Assembly (NCBI GenBank): GCA_965223545.1
Contig: OZ245006.1
Span: 3,552,001-3,616,000 of the forward strand
Length of the DNA: 64,000 bases
From: Planctomycetota bacterium
GTDB taxonomy: Bacteria > Planctomycetota > UBA1135 > UBA2386
Reading direction: 5' to 3'
Shown here piece after piece: positions 57,755 through 64,000 of the stretch. Position 1 is the stretch's first letter, and every line of letters begins with the position of its first letter. A model generated the notes under the pieces. The model had not been told where the DNA came from. It saw only the letters and a list, made by a program, of their open reading frames with translations, and did not search any database. A program made the translations under genes and the position numbers.

Positions 57755-58432
57755 ATGAATCTGCTGCCCTGCGTCGAAATCGATCCCCCGAGCGGCACGC
57801 CGCGCTACGCCGTGCTGTGGATGCACGGCCTCGGCGCCGATGGCCACGACTTCGAGCCGATCGTGCCCGAGCTGGCGGTGCCCGACGATCGAGACGTGCG
57901 GTTCGTGTTTCCGCACGCGCCGTCGATCCCGGTCACGCTGAACATGGGGATGCACATGCCGGCGTGGTACGACATCACCGAAGTCGACCTGCAGCGACGC
58001 CATGACAAGGCCGGCATCCGCGCGTCGGCAGAGCACATCCACGCGCTGATCCGGCGCGAGAACGAGCGCGGCATCCCGAGCGACCACGTCTTTCTCGCCG
58101 GCTTCTCGCAGGGCGGCGCGATGGCGCTGTTCTGCGGCACGCGCTACCCGGAGCCGCTGTGCGGCGTGCTCGGCCTGTCGACCTACCTCGTGTGCGAGGA
58201 CTCACTCGACGCGGAGGCGAGCGACGCCAACCGGCGCACCCCGGTCTTCATGGCGCACGGCGACCAGGATCCGATGGTGCCGCTGGTGCGCGGACAGGCG
58301 GCGCGCGCCGCCCTCGAGAGCCGCGGCTACGACGTCGCGTGGCAGACCTACGGAATGGCGCACGCGGTGTGCCTGGAGGAGATCCAGGCGATCGGCGCGT
58401 TCTTGACCGAGCACACGGAGCCCGGCGCTTGA
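57755..58432 (+). CDS. Carboxylesterase/phospholipase (alpha/beta hydrolase)
   Basis: WMHGLGADG, MPAWYDI, GFSQGG, HGDQDPMVP, MAHAV. Confidence 0.95.
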   Translation: MNLLPCVEIDPPSGTPRYAVLWMHGLGADGHDFEPIVPELAVPDDRDVRFVFPHAPSIPVTLNMGMHMPAWYDITEVDLQRRHDKAGIRASAEHIHALIRRENERGIPSDHVFLAGFSQGGAMALFCGTRYPEPLCGVLGLSTYLVCEDSLDAEASDANRRTPVFMAHGDQDPMVPLVRGQAARAALESRGYDVAWQTYGMAHAVCLEEIQAIGAFLTEHTEPGA

Positions 58433-58512
58433 AGCAAGCCGCCGAGCCAAGCCGACTCGGCGTGGGCACTGGGCGTGTGGTCGCCCGACGGCGATCCTGC
58501 ACAATCACCGCC

Positions 58513-60759
58513 ATGTTGCGCAACGCGACTCTCCTCGCGATCTCGGCGGCGGCCCCTTTGCCGGCACAAGACCCCGTTCTCATCGAAGCCGAGGCCTTCG
58601 ACCACCACGGCGGGTGGGTGCTTGACACGCAGTTCGTGCACAGCACGGGCTCCCCCTACCTGCTGGCCCACGGCCTCGGCCAGCCAGTCGAAGACGCGAC
58701 AACGGAGGTCGAGGTCCCGCGTGCCGGTCGCTACCGCGTCTGGGTGCGGACGCTGGACTGGGTCGGCCGGTGGAACGCCCCCGGCGCGCCCGGTCGCTTC
58801 GAGGTGTGGGTCGATGGCGCGCGCTTGCCGCGCGTCTTCGGCATCGAGGGCGCCGAGTGGGGCTGGCACGACGGGGGCGTGGTGACCCTCGACGGCGGCC
58901 GGACCACCCTGCGGCTGCGCGACCTAGCTGGGTTCGACGGTCGCTGCGATGCGATCCTGCTGAGCGCCGATCTCGACCGGCGCCCGCCCGACGGCGGCGA
59001 AGCGCTCGCCGCGCTCCGCGCGAAACTGCGCGGACCAGCGCCCGACGGCGCCCAGCACGAGCACGATCTGGTCGTCATCGGCGGCGGCTACGGCGGCATC
59101 GCGGCGGCGATCTCCGCCGCGCGGATGGGCTGTCGCGTCGCCCTGCTGCAGAACCGCGGCGTGCTCGGCGGCAACGGCAGCAGCGAGGTCCGCGTGTGGT
59201 CGCAGGGTGGCATCCGCCGGGGCCTCTACCCCCGGCTGGGTGAGATCGTCGAGGAGTTCTGCGACAACGCCAGCGAGAGTCCGGGCCGCGCCGATGAGTT
59301 CGGCGACGCGAAGAAGGAGGCTCTGGTGCGCGCCGAGTCCGGCATCGACCTGTTCTTGCACCACCACGCCGACCGCGTCGTCATGCACGGCGCGACCATC
59401 GCCGCCGTCGAGGCGTTCGATGTGCGCAGCGGCCACCGCCGCCGGTTCGCGGCGCGCCTGTTCGCCGACTGCACGGGGCACGGCTCGATCGGCGCCCTGG
59501 CCGGCGCGGATCACACCGTGCGCGAAACCGAGCACCTCGGCATGAGCAACATGTGGCGCTGGGAGCACACCGATGAGGCCACCGAGTTCCCACCGACTCC
59601 GTGGGCGCTGCAGCTCACGCTCGACGACTTCCCCTACCCACACGGCAGAGGCGAGTGGTTCTGGGAGAGCGGTTTCGACCAGCATCCCATCACCGCCTTG
59701 GAGGCGACGCGGGATTGGAACCTGCGGGCCGTGTTCGCCGCCTTCCAGGCGATGAAGAGCGGCGCGCGCGCCGACGAGCACGCAAATGCGCGACTCACCT
59801 GGGTGGCCTACATCGGCGGCACGCGCGAGTCGCGCCAGCTGCTCGGCGACGTCGTCTTGAGCCGCGAGGACATCGTCACCAAGCGCTCCTTCGACGACGG
59901 CTGCGTGCCGACGACCTGGGACATCGACCTACACTACCCGCGAGAGCAATACGCAAAGCGCTACCCCGACAACCCGTTCATCTCGAGGGCGCACTTCGAC
60001 CGCAGCGTGGACCGCCGCCACGGCTATCCGGTGCCCTATCGGTGCTTCTACTCGCGCAACATCGACAACCTGCTGATGGCGGGGCGGTGCATCAGCGTCA
60101 CGCACGAAGCGCTGGGTACGGTCAGAGTGATGCGCACCGGGGGCATGATCGGCGAAGTCGTCGGCAAGGCGGCCGCCATCTGCGTCGCCGAGTCCTGCAC
60201 ACCGCGTCAGGTGTACGGCGACCACCTCTCGAAGCTGCAAGAGCTCATGCGGCTCCCCGGGCGCGCCCGCCGCTTAGAGGTCACCGCGCCCATCACCGTG
60301 CCGCCGCCGGCACCGGGTCAGCGCGACCGCGCCGCCGCGGACGTTCCCGGCATCGTCGTCGACGACGACCGCGCCGAGCTGGTCGGCGACTGGCAGGAGA
60401 GTCAGTCCGTGGCCGGCTTCATCGGAGCCCGCTACTTGCACGACGGCAACCGCGCCAAGGGTGCCGCCAGCGCGCGCTTCGTGCTGCGCGCCCGCGAGTC
60501 CGGTCCCCACCGCCTCGGCCTGTGTTGGACCGCCGACCAGAACCGCGCGTCGCGCGTCGGCATCAGCATCCGCACGACTGCCGGTGAGCAGGTGGTGCAC
60601 GTCGACATGCGCACTCCCCCCACGGGCGAGGATGGCTTCGACGACCTGACGACGCTGCACCTCGACAGCGGCCACGCCGTCGTCGTCACCATCTCGAACG
60701 CCGCCACCGACGGCCACGTGATCGTCGACGCGGCGCGACTGCTGCACACGCCGCAGTGA
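58513..60759 (+). CDS. Secreted FAD-dependent oxidoreductase with flanking carbohydrate-binding-like domains
   Basis: Signal peptide; IEAEAF domain; IGGGYGGIAAA, LGGNGSSE, RESRQLLGD, AGRCISVTH; C-terminal golvesin-like YLHDGN...VIVDA. Confidence 0.88.
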   Translation: MLRNATLLAISAAAPLPAQDPVLIEAEAFDHHGGWVLDTQFVHSTGSPYLLAHGLGQPVEDATTEVEVPRAGRYRVWVRTLDWVGRWNAPGAPGRFEVWVDGARLPRVFGIEGAEWGWHDGGVVTLDGGRTTLRLRDLAGFDGRCDAILLSADLDRRPPDGGEALAALRAKLRGPAPDGAQHEHDLVVIGGGYGGIAAAISAARMGCRVALLQNRGVLGGNGSSEVRVWSQGGIRRGLYPRLGEIVEEFCDNASESPGRADEFGDAKKEALVRAESGIDLFLHHHADRVVMHGATIAAVEAFDVRSGHRRRFAARLFADCTGHGSIGALAGADHTVRETEHLGMSNMWRWEHTDEATEFPPTPWALQLTLDDFPYPHGRGEWFWESGFDQHPITALEATRDWNLRAVFAAFQAMKSGARADEHANARLTWVAYIGGTRESRQLLGDVVLSREDIVTKRSFDDGCVPTTWDIDLHYPREQYAKRYPDNPFISRAHFDRSVDRRHGYPVPYRCFYSRNIDNLLMAGRCISVTHEALGTVRVMRTGGMIGEVVGKAAAICVAESCTPRQVYGDHLSKLQELMRLPGRARRLEVTAPITVPPPAPGQRDRAAADVPGIVVDDDRAELVGDWQESQSVAGFIGARYLHDGNRAKGAASARFVLRARESGPHRLGLCWTADQNRASRVGISIRTTAGEQVVHVDMRTPPTGEDGFDDLTTLHLDSGHAVVVTISNAATDGHVIVDAARLLHTPQ

Positions 60760-62012
60760 GGATGGCCAAGCGCGCTTGGTTGTCCGCCTGGCGGCTGGCG
60801 GTGCTCGCCGGCATCGCGCTCCTGGCGGCGCGACTGCACGACAGCGCCACCGTGCGACCGGTCACGCGCGGCGAAGTCATCCCTTTGCTGCCGAGCGCAG
60901 CACGCGTGCTGCCCGTCGCGGGGCCGCTGGGGCACACCGTGCTCGATGAACGCGGCGATCCCGCCGGTCACGCGCTGCGCACCGCACCGCATGGCGACGT
61001 CGCGATCGGCTATGCGGGCCCGACCGATGTGCTGGTCGTGCTCGACGCGGAGGGGCGAATCGCCGGCGCGGCGATCCGCTCGAGCAGCGACACGCCCGGC
61101 CACGTCGCGTCGGTCGCCGCGGATGAGGGGTTTTGGCAACAGCTGGGCGGCCGGTCATGGCAGGCGGTCGCCGGCGCCCGGCGCAGGGAGCTCGGCATCG
61201 ACGGAGTGGCCGGGGCGACGCGCACCAGCGAAGCGGTGGTGGACGCAATCTCCGCCCGACTGGCGTACGCAGAGCGTGCTGCTCTCCCACGCGGCCGCTG
61301 GCGCGTGACCCGCAACGACTTGGCGCTCGTGCTCGCCCTCGGTGTGGGGTTGTGGATGGCGTGGTCGCCCCGCGCTCGCCGGCGCTGGCGCCGGCTGCTG
61401 CAGCTGTTCGTCGTCGGCTGGATCGGCCTGCTCGCCGGCGACCTGCTGGCGCTGTCGCTCGCTGACGGCTGGCTGCGCAGCGGCCTGCCGTGGCGCGCCG
61501 CGCCCGGTCTCGTGCTGTTGGCGGCGGCGGCCGTACTGGTGCCGGCGACCAGCGGGCGGCCGGTGTACTGCGCGCACCTCTGCGCCCACGGCATCCTGCA
61601 GGAGTGGTTGACCCGCTTGCCAGGGCGCAAGACAGCGGTGCCGCGCGACCTCGCCGCCGTCCTCGGCGCCCTGCCCACCGCGCTCCTCGTGTTGTGGATC
61701 GGCGCCATCTGGCTGCGGATCCCACTCGATCCCGCCGCGCTCGAGGCCTTCGACGCGTGGCTCCTGGGCGCGGGCTGCGCGGCCGCGGTCGCCATCGCGA
61801 TCACCGGGCTGGTCGCGGCGGCGTTCGTGCCGATGGCGTACTGCAAGTACGGCTGCGCCACCGGCCAGCTGTTGCGCTTCGTGCGCAGCCACGGGCGGGC
61901 CGACCGCTTCGGCAAACGCGACGGGGTCGCGGCGGCGATCGCGCTGACGGTGCTCGCGCTGCACGGTGCGCAGGACGGGGTGCGCGCATGGCTCGCCGGA
62001 GTGACGCCGTGA
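60756..62012 (+). CDS. FMN-binding + membrane 4Fe-4S protein (NosR/NirI-like)
   Basis: IGYAGP, DGVAGATRTS (flavinylation Thr motif), YCAHLCAHG, YCKYGCATG; TM helices. Confidence 0.85.
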   Translation: MRMAKRAWLSAWRLAVLAGIALLAARLHDSATVRPVTRGEVIPLLPSAARVLPVAGPLGHTVLDERGDPAGHALRTAPHGDVAIGYAGPTDVLVVLDAEGRIAGAAIRSSSDTPGHVASVAADEGFWQQLGGRSWQAVAGARRRELGIDGVAGATRTSEAVVDAISARLAYAERAALPRGRWRVTRNDLALVLALGVGLWMAWSPRARRRWRRLLQLFVVGWIGLLAGDLLALSLADGWLRSGLPWRAAPGLVLLAAAAVLVPATSGRPVYCAHLCAHGILQEWLTRLPGRKTAVPRDLAAVLGALPTALLVLWIGAIWLRIPLDPAALEAFDAWLLGAGCAAAVAIAITGLVAAAFVPMAYCKYGCATGQLLRFVRSHGRADRFGKRDGVAAAIALTVLALHGAQDGVRAWLAGVTP

Positions 62013-62416
62013 GCCGCGCGCTCACACTCCGCGCCGTGACCCTCGCGGTCGCACTGGCCCTACTGGGCGCGTGGCTGCTGCGCGACCCCTGGGCCGCCGC
62101 GCAGCGGAGCACGCGGGTCGAGCACGCGCTGAATCAGTTGACGGAGGGCCTTGCGCACTACCACGGCACGATGGGCTCGTACCCGGCGGGTACCGGCCTG
62201 TCGGGTGGAGAGCTCGCCGCGCGACTGACGCGCGCCGGCGTTCTGACCCGACAGCTGCTCAACCCGGACACGGGAGCGCCGTACGGCACCGACCCGCTGG
62301 AGGTCGACAAGACGTTCTACACGGCGGGCACCGACGGCCAGTCGTTCACGCTCGAGGTGCTCGCCGCGGACGGCGATCACATCGTCGCCGCGCGCCGCGG
62401 GCCACCCCAGCCGTGA
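62009..62416 (+). CDS. Small membrane-anchored GspG/pilin-like protein
   Basis: N-terminal hydrophobic helix; ALNQL..GLAHYHGTMGSYP...NPDTG...FTLEVLAADG; GTGA overlap. Confidence 0.6.
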   Translation: MSRALTLRAVTLAVALALLGAWLLRDPWAAAQRSTRVEHALNQLTEGLAHYHGTMGSYPAGTGLSGGELAARLTRAGVLTRQLLNPDTGAPYGTDPLEVDKTFYTAGTDGQSFTLEVLAADGDHIVAARRGPPQP

Positions 62417-62434
62417 AGTGACCGGCGGTACCCC

Positions 62435-63076
62435 TCACGGCAGCTCGTCGACTGCATCCAGCGCGTGGGTCTCGTCGTGCGCCGCCGCACACCACTCCTG
62501 CACGCCGGCATGCTGCAGGAGCTGCTCGGCATACCGACCCGCGGCACCGTCGAACGGCAATCGGTAGCTGCGCAGGCGCGCGGCGACCGGCGCGAAGAAC
62601 GCGTCGACGATGCCGAACTCGCCGAACATGAACGGCCCGGCCGCGGCATCGAAGATCTGTTGCATGCGCGCCAAGTCGGCGCTCGTCGCCGTCGTCGGCC
62701 CGCCGCGCAGCACTCGGTCGCGGCGCACGTTGAGCGCGAGCTGCTCGCGCAGCGCGGCAAAGCCGGAGTGCATCTCGGCGCACAGCGCTCGCGCCCGGGC
62801 GCGATCCCGCGCGTCGGCCGGCCAGAGGCGGCTCTCGGGCGCCAGCTCGGCGACACGCTCGCAGATCGCCAGCGAATCCCAAACCGCGTTGCCATCGACC
62901 TCGAGCACCGGCACCCGAGCGGTCGGCGCGTAGCGCAGCTTCTCGGCGAGGGCGGTGGGCGTGTCGAGCTCGAGCAGGGTCGTGCGGAAGGCGAGTCCCG
63001 ATGCGCGCAGCGCCAGCCACGCGCGCATCGACCAGGACGAGTAGTTGCGGTCGCCGATGACGAGGTGCAGATCCAT
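62435..63076 (-). CDS. Glutathione S-transferase family protein
   Basis: IGDRNYSSWSMRAW, RVPVL, WDSLAICE, AEMHSGF, FGIVDAFFAPV. Confidence 0.95.
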   Translation of the reverse strand: MDLHLVIGDRNYSSWSMRAWLALRASGLAFRTTLLELDTPTALAEKLRYAPTARVPVLEVDGNAVWDSLAICERVAELAPESRLWPADARDRARARALCAEMHSGFAALREQLALNVRRDRVLRGGPTTATSADLARMQQIFDAAAGPFMFGEFGIVDAFFAPVAARLRSYRLPFDGAAGRYAEQLLQHAGVQEWCAAAHDETHALDAVDELP

Positions 63077-63164
63077 GGCGTCTTCAGCCACCATTTTGCC
63101 AAGATCGGGGCTCGCTCTGAACCCGGTACCCCCGGCTCCGGCGTTACCCCCCTACCGAGCCCCG

Positions 63165-64000
63165 ATGTCGACCACGTCCGCCCCCGATCAACTGCTGCGC
63201 GACTGCGACTGGCTGCAGCGGTTTGCCCGCGCGCTGGTGCACGACCGGCACGCCGCCGAAGACATCGGGCAGGAAGCCATGCTGCGCGCCCTGGGCGCGC
63301 GACCGCAGGCGCCCCTGGCCCGCTCGTGGCTGGTGAAGGTGGCGCGCAACCTGGTCACCTCGGCCGGCCGGCGCCAGCGCAGCGAGGCGGAGGCGCACAC
63401 GAGACTTGCCCCACCGCGGGCCGCCCCATCGGCGGCGGAGCTCGCGGCCAACGCCGAGCTGCAACAGCGCGCACTGGCGGCGGTGCTGCGATTGCCAGAG
63501 CCGTACCAGCGCACGATCTTGCTGCGTTACATGCAGGGCCTCACCGTCAGTGAGGTCGCGGCCGCCATGCAGGTGCCCGCCGAAACCGTGCGCACGCGCC
63601 AGCGGCGGGCGCTGCGCTCGCTGCGCACCGCGCTGTCGGCGGGAACACCGCGACAGCAACGCTGCTGGCCATGGTTTGTGATCGGAGGAGGAGCGATGAC
63701 GACGACAGTGACGAAGACCGCTCTCGGGGTCGGCGCCGCAGCGGTCGCGGCCCTTTGCCTTTGGGCGAGCTGGCCCGCGCCGACGGGCCGCGCGCCAGCA
63801 GCGGAGGAACGCCCACCGGCACACACTCTGCACGGCGACGAGGGGGCACGGCCCACCACGCCGACGCGAACGGCAGTCCCCGCGGCGCAAGCACCTGCCC
63901 CCGCGCCGGCGGACGCCACAGCGGCGTCGACCGCGACACTCACGATCCGCGCGATCTGGCTCGACCGAGGACCGGCGGCGGACCTCGACTTGCTCCTGCG
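63165..64000 (+). CDS. ECF sigma factor with C-terminal membrane/extracytoplasmic extension, 3'-truncated by window
   Basis: Translated by hand: MSTTSAPDQLLRDCDWLQRFARALVHDRHAAEDIGQEA...LPEPYQRTILLRYMQGLTVSEVA...ETVRTR, then hydrophobic and Pro/Ala segments; no stop before the window end. Confidence 0.88.
   Translation, partial: MSTTSAPDQLLRDCDWLQRFARALVHDRHAAEDIGQEAMLRALGARPQAPLARSWLVKVARNLVTSAGRRQRSEAEAHTRLAPPRAAPSAAELAANAELQQRALAAVLRLPEPYQRTILLRYMQGLTVSEVAAAMQVPAETVRTRQRRALRSLRTALSAGTPRQQRCWPWFVIGGGAMTTTVTKTALGVGAAAVAALCLWASWPAPTGRAPAAEERPPAHTLHGDEGARPTTPTRTAVPAAQAPAPAPADATAASTATLTIRAIWLDRGPAADLDLLL

Noticed and set aside
60756..62012. Denitrification gene nosR
   Set aside because: Shorter than NosR and no nos or nir genes are adjacent.

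Overview
A very GC-rich bacterial window. Gene content suggests Planctomycetota (inference): ECF sigma/Ser-Thr kinase pairs, a PVC-type CxxCH heme protein, FG-GAP proteins, and an ECF sigma with a long C-terminal extension. Housekeeping and recognisable genes are an RND permease (partial), argS, a sulfatase, apt, menA, a MacAB-TolC-like exporter, an esterase and a GST. There are two motility loci: a c-di-GMP-I riboswitch upstream of fliA-cheD-HDOD-cheC-like, and a sigma54 promoter upstream of fliO-flhF-flhG. The most notable unexplained features are: (1) a 44.3-50.3 kb locus encoding a sigma-region-2-only protein, a Lys-rich protein, a metallophosphoesterase, and a translationally coupled ECF sigma / soluble partner / Lon-like protease-GNAT fusion, resembling a protease-released sigma (CalpL/T/S-like) cascade with a different sensor and a shared promoter motif; (2) a ~120-aa C-terminal domain shared by up to eight secreted proteins, a candidate sorting or secretion signal; (3) a ~90-bp palindrome-containing direct repeat bracketing a 9.5-kb halogenase/glycosyltransferase cargo; (4) a MenA1/MenT1-like toxin-antitoxin pair near argS. 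No rRNA, tRNA or CRISPR array was seen. All family assignments are from motif recognition by eye, not database searches.
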